Origin: Podarcis filfolensis
Taxonomy: Eukaryota
DNA: 64,000 nt
Assembly: GCA_964270895.1 (NCBI GenBank)
Contig: OZ185435.1
Direction: 5' to 3' (one strand)
A model generated the notes under the pieces. That model saw only the letters and a program-made list of their open reading frames with translations, was not told the DNA's origin and did not search any database. This document shows, piece after piece, positions 1 to 15,300 of this stretch. How positions within the stretch are numbered: the first letter of the stretch is position 1; each line of letters starts with the position of its first letter. The position numbers and the translations under genes are program-made.

Positions 1-380
1 TGGGGCGGACGGATCTCAGCCTTTGGAGCAGATGTTCTGCAGTCCAGACGGTGGTCTAAAGCCAGCGATGAGGACGCATGCGAGCCCTGGTCCGCTTTTG
101 CGAGGGGAGGCGGTTCCCTTCTGACCCCTCCTTCATCTTCACTAGAGCTGCTGAGAATCTGGATCCGGGAGCGTTTCTTGAGCGGCGGAGCAGCAGCCCC
201 TGCCTCTTTCAGCTTCCTCCTGCGTCGGGTGGAATACTGCTTTCTCCCGTGCCCAAAGCTCTCCTGCAGCAGGTTGAAGTCAACACAAACTTCCTCATCT
301 TCACTGGAGCAGCTTTGGGGGTCCTCCACCTCCTCCACACAGAAACTGTCTGCCAAGTAGCTTTCGTCCTGCTCCGGAAC
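1..380 (-). CDS. FANCM: FANCM exon 20 (truncated by window edge)
   Basis: [15 protein letters not shown]...[10 protein letters not shown]...; acceptor TTTCCTTCCAG; open to position 1. Confidence 0.92.
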
Positions 381-3300
381 CTGGAAGGAAATGAAACCGC
401 TGAGGAGAACCCACGCCATGATTTCCGTATCCCCAAGGCAGGGCCACAGAACGTCTTGAGCCTCACTTGGGCTGTGGCTGCAGGCCTGGCCAGCTCCAGC
501 AGATGAAATGCAGGGGACCTTTCCAGTCAAGCCTGGAGGAGTTTTCAGCGCATGAGGCTGGCACAGTTTGTAATGACAAAATGACGTTGATGTGTCACTT
601 GGTTCTCAGGTTCACAGGTATGTATGGAATATGGCAGAAATCCAGAAGGCAAATGCCTTCATTTGCATGAGCCAGTTTATTTTGGCACGTCTACCCCGCC
701 CTTCCTATTGAAAAATACAGTAAGAACCTGGGACAAAGTGGCACAGATGTGCTGAGGAACCAAGCTCTTTCATTTTAACACCTGAGCCAGGTTTTCCCAG
801 GCCCCTGCACACTCCAAAAACACCCCCACCCCCACCCCAGTTCCTGGACTGTTCACATCTCTCCCTGAGCTGCTGCCTGGACTCATGTCGCAGGCTGAAG
901 AAGCGTTAGAAAGCAGTAGTTCTGTGCCTGGAGGCTGCCTGGGTTTAGGGAGAAGGTCAGTGTGTTCTAGATGTGTTTGCACTCCCCTGAAGGATCTGTT
1001 TTTTGGTTTGGGGTGGAGGATCCAGTCCTGTCCCTGGACTCCCAAGCGTTCTCAGTGACACCAAGGGAGTTCCCTCTCCCAGCTGATGCTGGCACATGAA
1101 CTGTGGCTTCACCGAGAGAGAGGCAGGCTGGCCAAGGGCAGCCATGCTCTGGGGACCTTTTGGCATGTGGGGCTGCCCTGGAACCTGCAGCTGGTATTGA
1201 CTTTTAATAGTGGCAAGATTTGTTCACAGCAACTTGGCCCAGTTAAAGGACCTTCACTGGCTACCAGTGTTTTCCCAAGCCCAATTCATGGTGGCATTGC
1301 TGTCCTTTGAGGCCAAACTTGCTTGACTCCCCAGTGCCGAAAGGAAGGCCAAGCTCCCTATCAAGCTACCTATATGATCAGGTCATTCTGCTCGTGGCTA
1401 TGAGGGGGGGGGGGAGACTTCTCAAGCTCAGCATCCCAACTAGGGACCACATTCCTAAAGAGAAGTCTGCCTGACACAGATTTTTCAGGGGATCATTAAG
1501 GTGGAATCAGAATCCTATTCTTAGGTTGTCCCCCCCCCCCATCATGCTGCCTTTTCTTTCTTGTGCCTTACAATAGCTCTGATTTGCGATATTTGTATTT
1601 TACATTGTTTTTAAACAATGTATTAAACAAACCCCGACTGTGATGAGGCAGCAGGTTCTGCCCTGCTAAGAAGTCAGCCCACCTTGAAACAATCCTTTTG
1701 GCCTTGTCCTTTAAGATGACACTCGCGAAAAGCGACCATTTGCTCTGATAAGGCTGTGAGAAACCAACAAGCAGCCTTTGTGGAGCAAGACCAGCCCCAG
1801 TTTGTGCTCTGGACACAGCCCTCCCTGCCTGCCTTCCTACCTGTGAGAAAACAGCCACCGAGTTGCATCCTTTCTGCATCTTATACCTGTTGCCAACAGC
1901 TGGGCTTCGTACAGATTTCAGGTAGACTGCATGCATCTCAGATTCTGAGCAGAGAGAAAAAAGAACAGCAGTCAGGCAGGCAGAAGAGGAACTGAAGCCG
2001 CAGTCAGCAACCGTTTGGGCAGGCTTCGCAGGCAGAAAGAGTCTCTGTATTCGTAATATTCGAATATTACTTGCTAAAAATTGGAAAACACAAGAGCTAC
2101 CAACAGTGGAAGATTGGCAGATGAAGATGATGGACTTTTTGGAGCTAGCTGACCTGACTGGAAGAATCCACGACCAGAAAGAAGAGGAGTTTCAAGAGGA
2201 CTGGAGGAAATTTAAGGACTATTTGAATAAATATTGTAATATAAAAAAATTAGAAATTACTTGAAAGAAACAAATAGGCCTAGGACAAATTAAGTTATAA
2301 TTAAATAAATGGGATTCAGAATGTTAAGAAAAGTGAATAAGATGACTATAATTGGAAATTGTTTTAGTTTAATAATGATATTGGAAAGCTGTTACTTTTA
2401 AATTACAAGGAAACTCAGAAGGGAGGGATCTGAGGAAGTCAAGTAAGATGTTTAAAAAGTTGGATTTGTGAAGAATTAAGTTTGTTATTAGTGTCTATTT
2501 GTTTATTGTTCCCCCCCTTTCCCCCTCTTCCCTTTTTTCCCCCCTTCTCTTTTTCCTTTTCTATTTTTGTGTATCATTTTGCTTTGTGGTTTGTGTTATT
2601 ACGGTGGAAAGTTTAATAAAAATTTATTCCAAAAAAAAAAAAGAGTCTCTGTAGGGTGGGGGAAAGTTGTGTTGTGCAGGGCAGCTTGTTTTGCGGATCC
2701 CGTTACAATTCCCACCACACAAACAGACTCCGCACCAATCAGGGGCCTGTTAGTAGCAGAGAAACCCTTCCCACAATGGCGCTGGGGGACAGGTTCCAAC
2801 ATGTGGCAACTGCTGCCACACAGAAGCAGTTCAGTGGCCTCCAAGCATCCATCTCAACATGCCATTCATTCTCTATCCATTTCCAGGCCTCGGTCCGAGT
2901 GCTGGCTATTCAAGCTCTCCTGCAGTTTGTGCCTCACCTTTCCACTTTGTTGATGATACTGCAGCATGGGCCGAAGGGTTAAGCAGTGCAGTCCTGATTT
3001 ACTGCTGCTAACTGATTTCCAAAACCTGACATGCTGGCTGCAATCACGGCCTTGTAGGAAAGCTACTGGGAGGACTGGTGCCAGTGGGAAAGGACAATTA
3101 GAGCCAAGGAAGTGCCAGCTAATAGGAAAAGGGCAGGGTTTTCCTTCACTTACCATTGAGATCTTGCATAATCTGTGTCTCATCATTTAAAAACTCGACG
3201 AGGGAAGAACTCTGCACATTTTCTGAGCCGACGCTCTCGTCGGATGAAACCTCCATGGCTCCTTCCTCAGAAAGTTCCGCCTCTTGGTCCAGGAAGTATT

Positions 3301-6300
3301 TGGCTGCGTTCTACACGAAGCAAAAGCAAGAGAGTTCCTGTCCAGCAGCATCCCACTTCGCAGACTCTGCTGTAGAACCAGCCATGCCAGGTGGCCGTGG
3401 ACTAGCCAACCCCCAACCCATGGCTGATCAGAACTGGGCTTCCTTTAGGAACTGGCCACGGGCAAGGACACGATCCCATGTTGCCAGCCAGTCCACGAAG
3501 CCCCACCACCACCAGCCATGCAGATCAAGTGATCTGAGGCCACAGCTTCACATGGAAAGAAGAAGCACCCCATTGCCGGGGGCCAAAGCCTCCCAGTGCA
3601 GAAACTGTTTGTCCATCCTCAATTACAAAACACAAGGCCAAAAGTACCTCTCCCCGAATTCCTTGGTTTGGTATTAGTTTCCTGCATTTGGGATTCAATC
3701 CCTGACAGCATCTCCAAGTAGGCCTGGGAATGACTCCAGCCTAAAACCCCGGAGAGCCCCTGCTGCCAGTCTGTGGACAATACTGAGCTAGATGGATCAA
3801 AGCCCATATAAGGCAGCTTCCAGTTTTATAATGACTTCTCAGGCAGAGAGAGGCCTCTCCTCCTTACCTGAAACCAGATCCTCTTCCTTAACTGGGGATG
3901 GGAGGGGCTGAATGACACACCAAGTATGTGTCGTCCTGCTCAGCTGAGCTGCATGGCCCTGCTCCAAAATTGAAATTTGGCCTAACAGAGGAGACTCTGT
4001 TTCCAGGCATGTTCCCCTCACGCGCACTGCCCCGTATTTCCTTCCTGTCTAAGGTTCCAGAGGGGGGAACGAAAAGCACAGTACCCCAAGCCTCACACCC
4101 ACCAGAAACAAAGAAGCATCGCTGTGTGTCATATGCGCACCTTCCTGGCAGCAGCGTCTGCCCTTTTCCGCCTCTTCACACCTGGCTTCTTGCTCCAGCT
4201 CTTCTCAGAGCAATCTGGGCTTGCGTCGCTAGACAAATCTGACTAAACAGAGCACAGACACCGGTCAACAGTGGCATCAGAGCCAGATTCCTCTGGCCTG
4301 AACTGCTGCTCAATGTTACCCTGGCAGGGATTTTATGGGTCTGGCTTAACCAAAACGTGCAGCCTTTGGCTTCAAATCTGGGATGCTATAGGCAGCCTGG
4401 TTCATGTTCCTTATGATTAATGTTGATGGTGAAATTACACTTAAGGGGTGGTTAAAGAATTCTGAAGGAAGAGTGGAGGAGAGGAAGGGGGTGACCTGTT
4501 CAGCCGTTCTTCGTGGGGACCCTGCAGGGGCAGCATTTGGGCAGGTGGCCAAGAGGACGAATCAGGGTAAGGCAGCCTACTGGTTTTCTGAGTACGTTTG
4601 ACTGAGAATGCTGCCCAAATATCTCTCCATCTGAAGAATAAACATTACCACATTTTACAGGAACTGCTTTGAGCACAGGTGTCATTGTGGGAAACGTAGT
4701 ATATAAATGAATTGACTATAAAAAAAAACCTATTTTACTTCTGCTAGATATCTCAAAACTAATCAGCTCCTGTCCTATTGCAGGTTAAAGCCATTTTAGA
4801 TAAAAATGGTAATAAACATTTCCTAACAATAAAGAGGGATGTTTAAGCCAACCGGAGCAAAATGTGTTTTATGTGTTTTTCCTGCCCTGACGGGGGTATT
4901 TACTCACTGTGACGAGCGGACGTCTCCGTTTCTTGACAGCAAATTCTGGCGATTCCAAGTCACAGTCATCATCAATCTTGGGAGAAGGAAGGAAGACGTC
5001 AAAACACATTTAGAAACCGCACAGAGAGGAGTTTTGTTTGGAGCTTGGTGGCCTTTAATTTTAACTGAGCTGACTCACATTTTGAGATGTGAAAACGTTC
5101 ACTTTCTTCTTATTTTTTCTGAGAAAAACAATTTCTTCTTCGCTTTCACTGCCGGCCCCAACTGCGAAGGAGTATATGGGTAACAATAATAAGAATGTGT
5201 GTGTTTTTCACCATACAATGTATTTGTAAGTCCGAGAGGAAAATGCTTTCTCCATTTTTTCTTTAAATAAGGCAATTCTGAATTGGCTTGGGAGGTTGCT
5301 ATTGTCAGCCTGTGACTCCCCATCCATCCAGGGTTCAGTTGGGGCAACTTAAACAGTATTTCCCAGCAGAGGAAAACAGCTGGCTGCACTGCCTTGCGGA
5401 GCTGGAAATTAAGAGTGCTACCGAGTGATAGGGATGAGGGGAAAGAGAAGGGGAAAACACTACGCCAACTTCACTTATCCTTTCTTGAACATGTTGTCAA
5501 CCCACATACAAGAGCTGTTGCTCCTCCTACACGTAGCCAGAGAGGTACCTGTGGAACAAGGTATCTCTAGCTGACTCCATTTCTCCCCTCCCTGCCACTT
5601 TTGCCCCATTTTCTAACTCTTCCCTACACATATTCCTCAAGGTTGTGTTGGTTTGTTTTTAATAGAAATCCAGCAGTCCCCCACGTGCTTTTACACAGAA
5701 TGAGGAAGGAGCAGGCCTTGAGAGTAGGACTTTTACATTTAAGCTAAAAATATAAAAAGGTAAAAGATGTAAGCTAAGGATGTAGAAACTTATGCTGATC
5801 CTGCAGCTGGATGAAGCCTGGGGGTCCTCTGAGCCAGCACCCTGTTCTCACGGTGGCCAACTGGGCGCCCACGAAGGGCACCTGAGCACAGCTGTGCTCT
5901 CCCCTCCAGCGCTTCACAGCAATTGCCATTCAGAAGCCCAGGCCTCCGGCAGGGAAATGGCCAGGGCAGGAGTGAGCAAAGGCATTACATCCACAAAAGC
6001 AGAGCCTCCAGATGCAATGGTGCTGCTTTATTCTACTTTGGCCAGGCCTCATCTGGCTTACTGTGTCCAGTTCCACAGTTTATTTACATTTCAATTTTTT
6101 AAATTGATTTTGTAATAAATTGCAGTATCGCTCTGTCTAAATCACATTGCATCTTATATAATACCACTCTTACTGCAAAATTGCTTACATCTGATTGGAA
6201 AAAAAGCTTACTGGATGAGGAACAGAAAAAGTTGGGGTTTATTCAGACATATTATGCCAAATTAATAAAGTTATCTTCCTTTTTAAAAACAAACAAGGAA

Positions 6301-9300
6301 ACAACTGTATTTCAATAAAGTGGCCTTGCCTGCACTCTTATTCCATGAACCTAAAAGTGTGCTATTTTAGCCACTAACCTCCCAGAGTTTAACGCTTTCT
6401 TTAAAGGTTGGTACAGCCACCAGTCTCCACTTCCCAACACAGAGAGTTCTAGCTGCTGCCTCTAACCGTTTAAAAAGGATACTGACAAAGTAAACTGCAT
6501 ACGAAGAAGTGTGACCTAGATGCAGGGGGACCGGGAGGCCCCTCACTAGGAGGAGAGGCTGCAGGGAAACAGGCTTAGATTGGAGAAGAGACAGTGAGGA
6601 GGCAAGGGGGCCAGGATCTCCCCTGACGTTGAGGATGGGCCGAGTAGGGCAGGGCATAAACCAACCCATTTCAGCAGGCCTTTAGGGGCATCAGTGCCAC
6701 AGCAGCGTTTTGGTCCTGTTTATTGTCACTACTGACTCTGCCATGGTTTTATCTGTTCCTGTTTTTATCTGACTGATGATCTGTAACTGAGGGAGATGGG
6801 GTTGCTTTTAATTTATTCCACTGTACCCCACTTTGGTACCCTCTTGTGTGGAGAGGAAGGCTAAAGAATATTTTAAATGCATCGCAAGAAAAATGATTTT
6901 AACGTTCCCAACAGCATAAACCATTCAAGAGAGAATGGCGGACTGACTCTCTTTCTACTTGAGGTTCTTAAGCAGAGGCAATATGGCCTCACCTATTGGG
7001 GATCCAGGGGGTGGGGGGGTGTTTCCTGCATCAGCTGGGGGGGCACGGTTGGTGTGGGGGTTTCCAACTCTAGGATGTTGCCTTCTGCAACCTGATGCTT
7101 AGCTTTGCCATAAACCGAGAGAGAGAACACCCCTTCATTGCTTAAAAGGCAGGATCTCAGTATCCAGTTCCCTTCTGCCTTCTGAAGACTGGAGGCAGAC
7201 TAAGTCCTCTCTGCATAATGCCTTATGCTATTTTAATTTTTAAAAAATCTTACCTTCAATGGGAAGCACGTTAGGGCCACTTAGGTTTCCGTTTTCCAGC
7301 TTCGCGATTTCCCGCAGTGCAAGCCCCTCCGTGCTGAAAATGGAGTTAGCCAAGTCTCTTTTCACTGTGCTGGCATTTCCTCTCCTTGGAACTGGTGCCT
7401 GTGGGCTTTCTTGCCTATTCCCGGAGAAAGAGCTCGTGAAAGTTCTTCTGGGGACGCCAGCGTGGCTCACCTGCCTACCTGTCGGTGTGGAAAATGCAGC
7501 GTGTGCAGAACTTGGTGACTGGCACAGTTTCCCTCTCGCTGGTGTCAAAGGAGAGACCAAGGGGATAACATTTTCAATTGCCGCAAGACAAGAGTCCCGA
7601 TTTTGTAGGTGTAAAGGTGTAGAAAACTTGGTTCCATTAAAGCATGCATTACCCCAGGTCAGTGGAGACTTCCTTGACATGTTGCTGTTTGAGAGCGCTA
7701 CTTCAGCGCTAGAGGAGCTAACTGCCGCGTGAGTTCCCCCATCTTTCACGGTGTCCACTTGCTCTGAGCACTCATCCTCCGATTCTTGAGTCAGGAAACC
7801 CAGATCAAAGTTAACAGAGAACAACTCCTGAGAAACATTGTAGAACTCTCCAGGATGCTGGGCTTCTTCTTTGCCTGCACGGACAGGATCAACAGAGGCT
7901 TCCAAACCTCCATCTCCTGGGATTCTCAATGACTTCATGGGGTTTCCTTGGCTGACCTCATGAAGCTCCTCCCCTGAGGGCTGCCTTCCAGAGGTCTCCT
8001 CTTCCTTGCTCGGGGTACTGGCTTGAGTAGCCCGCAATGATGGCTCTGAAAGCTCCCCTCCTTTTGTGTCTGGATGAGGGCCACTCTCTGCAAAATCCTC
8101 TCCTATAAAGAAACGCCCAGGCACTTCAGTAGGGCTTGCATTCCTCTCAGCCAGCTTCTGGGATCCTTGATAACGTCTGCAAGCCGCCTCCTTTCCTGAA
8201 TGGTTTGCTCCTGGATCATGATTTGCCACTGGTGGAGTTCTCCCTTGAATGCCCATCTGCTTTTCATCGTCACACTCAAATATTTCATCCCAATCAAAAT
8301 CATTTATCTTGCTAAAGGAAGCTTCAGGAATGCAGCTTTTTTCCAAAAGGTTATCCAAGGAACACTGTTCCTGAGCATCGGTGAGTTCAGACATGGTCCG
8401 AGGTGACATGGAAGGTGGTTTGAAAGGAGTCAGTTTTTCTCCTGAAGGACGTTTGCCTGCAAACACACCAGAAACACATTCTTGCACTGAGCTTAACTGC
8501 TGGGCTACATCCTCTGTCTCTTCTTCAGAATCAAATAATTCATTCAGAGAAGGGGGAGACTGTGACAGAAGCCTTGCTGCATTTGTTGGGATGCATTTTC
8601 CCCAAAAAGGATCCTCTTCGGCACTTGCACCAGGAAGCACAAACAAATCCACCACTGCTGCTGCTGGTGGTGCATAAAACAAGGAAGAAAGGGGAGAATT
8701 TTCTTCTGCAAAGCAGCCGTAGCCTGAGTCTGCACCGTGTCCATTCCATGAGCCGCACACTTTTGAGACGGGCTGACATTTTGTTTCTGCTGCGTTTTCA
8801 TGATCAGCAACACTTCTCTGGGCAGTGCTTATGCTGGCAGATTCCTCCATGTTTTCCTCATCCTTATCTGACATTTTTTTATATCCAGCACCTTCAACCA
8901 ACGGCAAAGTGCTTGCTGGAAAACCATCTGCAGGGCTGAGCCCCTCTGTAGCATGACTTTCAGAGTCTACCGTCAGAGCCTGAGGCCTATTCACAGATTT
9001 GAAGCTTGTTGCTTTAAAGAGAGATACACATTCTGCATCAAGCTCCACGGAGGAAGATGAGCGGTGTGTTGCTGCTTTTGGAGCCTCTGCCCGGGTTTTT
9101 CTAGAGAAAGGCGCCTTTTGAGCAGCTGCAGCATCACGACACCTCTTGCCCCGCTGAGCCCCCTCCGATGCCTCAACATCTTCCCAGTGAAAATAAGGAC
9201 GGGTATCCAGCTCATAGTGGCATTCTCCCTAGTTGAAAAAAAGAAAAGACACTATTTCGGATGTCTGCTTGACTCAAAGCTCATCGCACTCCTTATCCTC

Positions 9301-12300
9301 CCATCAACTGTGTTTACTAGACTGGCACGGCTTCAGTCTTGCAGAAGGGAAATGGACCAGGAGACCAACATTGCTCTTGAGGGCTCAAGGAGAAAATCAA
9401 GAGAGCCTGCTGGATCAGGCCAACAGCCCATCTAGCCCAGCTTCCTTTTCTCACAATGGCTTCTCCCCAGATGCCTGTGGGAAACCAGCAAACAAGATTC
9501 GAGCACGAGAGCCCTCTCGCTTTGTGCAACCTCCAGCAACTGGCATTCAGAAGCAATATGGCCTCTGACTCCACTTTCTACATCTCTCCATCCATAGATC
9601 TGTCCATTTATTCCTACTCGCTGGTTCTCAATCCCCAGTCCACAAGAGGACCTCTTCCATGACTGCTAAGCTTACTCAGCAGGAGTCTTTGGTGAGGTAC
9701 TTTGTCGAAAGCCTTTTGAAATTCCTAAGTATGCTATGCTTGTTGATACTCTCAAAGAACTCAAATATGTTCATAATGTAAGACTTGACGTTGCAGAAGC
9801 CATGCTGGTTCTGTTTCAGGAAGGCTTGTACTTCTATAGGTTTGGTTATTTTATCTTCTAACAATACTTTCCATCAGTTTCCCTCTACTGCTTCCAAATC
9901 CTGGACTGACTATATTCTGGAAAACAATGCCTGTGTGTATTGGTGCAGCCTTCCCTAAGTTCGCAGCATCATGGAGTCATTTAAATCAAAACAGAACGAT
10001 GCAGCTAGTTCATTTACCTGCCAATTTGGCCTACAAAAAAAGAAACAACATTAAAAATGACCTGATACATAAGTTACATAAAGCAACTCTCCTCCAGGGG
10101 TACCCAAGTCTGGCAGCTAGGATCATAGTGTGTGTCCTCATTTCAGGCTCACAAGGTCTTACATAAATGCTCTCCTTCGCTATGGAAAAGGACACTTGAC
10201 CCCAGGCAGGTGGGAAGCAAAGACACTCCCACACCTTCACACGTTGCTTAGTAGAGTAAAGCATCAAAAAACCATTTGAAGGAACTAACAAAACTTGAGA
10301 TTTGAAACCAGCTGCTCAGCAAAATAGGTCATGGGACAAAACTGCTCCTTTCCCAATACGATTGCATTAGCGCAACAGCTTTCATTAAGAATTATAGAAT
10401 TCTGCCAGACTTAACAATATTCACAACTTGGAAAGGTGACAGAAAATGTGGTGCCTAACAATTAAATGGGCTTCTGGCCTGCAAAAAAACGAACAACAGT
10501 TCTTTCTCTCTCTCTCTCCCAGGGGAGCAGGGCATCAATAAATGGGAGAATCCATATAACTCATTTCACAAACATCCCACCCGCAGAGTCACAAGGCAAC
10601 TCTGGCTTTGGGAGTACAGGAGTCAGAATAACAATACTGACACTCTTGGGCTCCAGTAAAGTGACTCCTTGCAATGCAAAAGAACCCCGTGGCTGGAGCG
10701 CATGAAGAATAAGCCTCCAAAGGGAAAATAAGGCACTAGGAAGGAAGGAAGGAAGGAAGGAAGGAAGGAAGGAAGGAAGGAAGGGCAAAGCCAACACAGC
10801 ATAATTTTGGAATGAACATCAGTTTCCCTGCTGTCATTAGGGGCAATGTGTTTTCTGTAACAAGCTGGAGAAGCAAGCAGGGAAAGCTGGCAAGCCTTTC
10901 AGATTGCTGAGTGCAGCTTTATCCTCTTAAATGCCCATATGACCCTTTAATGCTCCAGGGCAAAGTAGTGCAGGACCTGATTAGCAACAGAGTGTGTGTG
11001 TGCATGGGTATTAGTGGAAGCTCTCCGCACACCAAGCTTAGCTTTTCAGATGTGGGTTGAAAAGCAAACCATGCAAACAGAACTGCGCAGAACCACCCCT
11101 CCTCCAAGCACAGCTTCTGCAACCTCCCCCACGAACCTGCGCCTTTCTTGTCAATGTTCTGTGCTAAAAACTCCTCCCTAGAAGTTCTCTCAACTCCTGG
11201 GATCTTGCCCTCATTGCCACAGTCCCAGGGGTGACAGCAGGTGTGCCAGGAGACTCATGTGCATGGCTCAAGTGTGCCTTGAACTGTATGACCACCTGAC
11301 TGGAGCATTCCAACCTCCAATGGGCTTCTGCCTGGGGCTGCAGCAATGCTTCAAGCTAACTTGCTCACCTTCACCGCCCTCAGGCTCCCGTGGGGCCTCC
11401 AACAATCCTTGCTAACTCAGATGCCTGGCATGACCTTTGCAGTCATCCTACCCCTTCTCAATTTAGGGCCAACCAGCAAAGCTGAGCATTGGTCGATTCA
11501 GGACATATGAAAGGAAGAACTTCACCACGCATGGTTAAACTATGGAATTCACTCCCATGAGATGCAGCTGTGGCCACAAACTTGGATGGCTTTAAAGGGG
11601 AATTAGACAGATTCATGGAGGAGGATGAAGTCATGGCTTCTAGGCCAGGATAGCTCTGCTCTGCCTTCACAGTTGGAGGCAGTGATGCTCTCCTGAATGC
11701 CAGTTGCTGGAAGCCACAGGAGGGGAGAGAACTCGTGTTGAAATTGTGCTTTTGGGTTTATCTGGGTGGCCACAGTGAGGAGAGGACGCTTGCCTTTTGA
11801 GGCACAAGAATTCTCCACAACTGTAACTGTGCTCCTGAGTGGAAGTTCTTCTGCGGGCTTCCGCTGTGAAAAGGAGATGCATTTTCAACACTGTTGGAAG
11901 TATTCCAAAGAGGGAAAACAGACATAAATAAACAAAATTATCCAAGCACCGATTGAGGCTGCCTTGCATGGACAGGTCCCATCCTCCAGACATTTGATCC
12001 CAAGTGCTGAAGCTGCGACAACAACAGAGCATTTGCACTGCTCCTGCACGTGTGGGACTTGACTCCCTCCTCTGGATTCTCTGCAGGCTTCTAGCTGCAG
12101 TTTCCCACCCATGGAATCCCAGCAGCCATAAGTAGGAGTCGCACATGTGGGCAATTATAGCCTTGAGCCATTTTGTTGGCGTAGGAGTGTGAATTGAAGT
12201 AGGAGAGAAGAACCGACAAGTGTTAAATATAACACTCTGACGTTAGTGCAGGCCAAGAACTGCATAGTTACTGCGAGTGACTCAAGCTCCTGAACCCAAA

Positions 12301-15300
12301 GTGAGTTTGCTGCTTAAAACCTGCCTAAGTGTATCAACACACAGCATCACCTGTTCACTAGAAGCACGTTTGCATCCCTAGCTAAAGCAGAAGTGCCTGC
12401 AAGGAGGTCCTACAAGAGGGGGGTTAAAATCCACCCGGGGCACACTTTTTATTAAAGAATTCTCAGGAGTAGACCGACAATGCAATCCTTTTAATTTACT
12501 GCGCTCTGCATGGTAGTAAACACAGTGTTTGAAACTCCCATTGTTCTAGGCGCGTTTTGCAACAGGGAATTTCATTAGTGCAAGCAGTTTCTGAGCTCTG
12601 GGCGCAGTACTGAGCCTAAGATTTCAGATTAAAACTGCAGAATGAAGGAAAGGAGGACCTTTTCCTGCCTCCCCACTTCCAGCTACTCCCTGAAGACTGG
12701 AAAAAAGACCCTCTTAAGAATATTAGGGGGGTGGGCAGGGGAAGGACTAGACCATGTGAAAAATGGACATAACATTTCAGCTGCAATTCATTCATTTTCA
12801 GCTTTGCATTCTTGTTATTAAAAAACACACCTAGACGTTCTGTTGTTGCATCCATAACCTAGAGGTTTAAGGTGCTCCTAGCTTTCATATCTCACTTTCT
12901 AACACTGGGTAAACATTGTCCTCAAAGTTCAACCATTCACCATTTAATTATTATTATTATTTATTAATTAGTTACTTTTCTTCCAACAGTAGCTCAAAGC
13001 GACTTACAACAAGCAAACAAACAAAACATTTAAAACCGCATGAAACAAAATAAAATAAGAATCTAATAGACAATCATATTCTTAAAAGGCAGGATTAAAA
13101 CATCTCAGCCACTCGGGGCGGCCATGGATAATTTAAAATCAAAGGCTGGGCAGAAAAGAAATGTTTTTGCCTATTGCCTAAAGATATGTGATTATGGCAC
13201 CAGGTGAGCTTCTCTGGAGGGAGCATTCCTCAAATGGGGACCCACCTCTGCAAAGGCCTGTTCTCATGCTGCCACCCGCCAGACTTCTCATGGAGGAGGC
13301 ATAGGAAGAAGGGCCTCAGAGGATGATCAAAGGGTCCAGGTCAGTTCATATGGGGAGAAGCAGTCCAAGAAGTATTGGGGTGCAGTTGCATGAGGTGTTG
13401 TAGGTCAAAATGAGTGTTTTGAACTGGGCCCAGAAGCTAACTGATAGCCAACACAGTTGGGCCAGGATTACAGTTGTGTGCTCAGGCCGCCTTGCCCCGG
13501 TGAGCAGCCTGGCCACCAAATTTGGCACCAGCTAGTTTCTGAAATCTGAATTCACAATCTCTTATTGGTGTCAACATCTACAGAGGCTCCTGTTGTTGAA
13601 GCTACAGCTCCCAAAGCAAAAGCACAGCAGAAAAGCCTTGAAAGGGGTATTGCGCAAAAGCTGCGTTCCTTCTAATGAGCTGCGCCCAGCAAGCACACTC
13701 TCACTGAACAGAAAGTCATCTGCTGGGCTCTTCTGGAGCAGCTGTGCGGACTCCTCCACAGGATTCCAGAGCAGAGCAACTGGCTTCTCTCTAACAGAGG
13801 AGAGGTGGCCACCCATGGCCTGCAGGCCAGATCCAGCCTGCCAGGCCTCATCTTTATCTACAAGCGGACTGGGAGATAAGGCTCCGAGTCTGATCTTTAG
13901 GGCGGTGAGGGATCTTTTACCTCCAGTCTTAGGGCTAAGCACCACAGCACTGTGATGGGAGATAAGCCCACTGCCTGCTCTCAAAGCGCTGAAGGCAGCA
14001 CTGTGGAACCTGCAAACTCTAGCTAGGGGAAAATCCAATCCGTTTGGCCAAGCCTCCGTTGCCTTAGCAATGAAGCCAGGAAGGCATTAATAAAAAGCTC
14101 CTTTTATGGTTCATCTGTGTGCTGATGTGTGCATCTGCATGAAACAGAGGGTTGTTCCCCCCTTTTCTACAGCAGGACACAACTGTCTCCGTGGCTTTTT
14201 TGTGCTTGGAATAAAAGGCACACAGAGAAAAGCTAAAAAAATCCACACCTAGAATTTTCCAAGTTAGAATCTCATACATGTATTTGCTCAGAATTTACAG
14301 CAAACTAAAGCGTTTTTACGTTAAACTAAGTTGCTGAGATCAACAGGTCCTCAAACCTGAATGCAATGAACTCACTTAAGATACAGGAAGCATGACATTG
14401 CCCCAACCCCATTAGCAAATCAGACCTCCGAAGCTGAATTGTATGATTTGTGTGATTCACATGCCTGTCTGTGAGGAGTGTGAGAAGGGAAGACAGGCTT
14501 ATCTTTCTTCCGGCATGAGACTGTAAAACTGTACTTTCAATTTTACGCTATGGATTTTTCTGCTCTCGGAGCTGAGAGAGAGAACCATGATTGCTTGTCT
14601 GTATATTCTGTAAATAAATTACTAGTTTAGAACTACAATGTCTCCAACGTCTTGCTGTGTTAAGCCAGAAGGATAGTGTGCTTACACCAGCTGGTATAGG
14701 TCGCTGGGAGCGCCCTGGAGAAGAAAGGGATGCCTTTTCCAGAGCTACGCTCACCGGAGTACGTCCAGAGGAATGGGGGCCGCAGGCACCCCAGGGCCTT
14801 TTCTCCTAACTCCGCTTGGGCCTACAAAGGGTCGTACGCAAAGGCATTTGAAGATGCTTGCTTACTGGCAAAGGTCTTTCTGAAAGTGCTTTAGCAGCCC
14901 ATTACCTTATAAATGTTCTGAATGGCAGGCTCAAGCGGAGAGGTGCTTTTTCCAAAGCCACCTAGTGAGGTTTATGGCTGACCATAGACTGCCCCCTCCC
15001 CCGAGTCCATAATCCACTCCTACAAATTGCACTGCCTGGCCCCTCAGCCTGCTCAGCTTCCTTCAACAAAGGCACAACACAGTCTCATGAAAACTATAAA
15101 GTCTGACATGACTCTTATAGGGAGATAGTGTTTGTTCGGTGAGACTGTGAGCTTACTGACCTCTTCGTGCCTCATCTGCTCGATCATCTCCATCGTGCTA
15201 ATGAAGTGGTGGCAGCGATCCGAATGGTCCACCAGGTGGGTAGGGAAAGGGCGGTTCTGCCACAGCCTCCACTCTGACAGAGACAGCACATGGACCTCCT

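Noticed and set aside
7259-8939. Several plus-strand ORFs of 100-157 aa
   Set aside because: Antisense shadows of FANCM exon 14 with no recognisable domains.
10466-10705. ORF containing SGFGSTG, resembling dUTPase motif 5
   Set aside because: None of the other four dUTPase motifs is present in any nearby frame; a chance match in intronic DNA.
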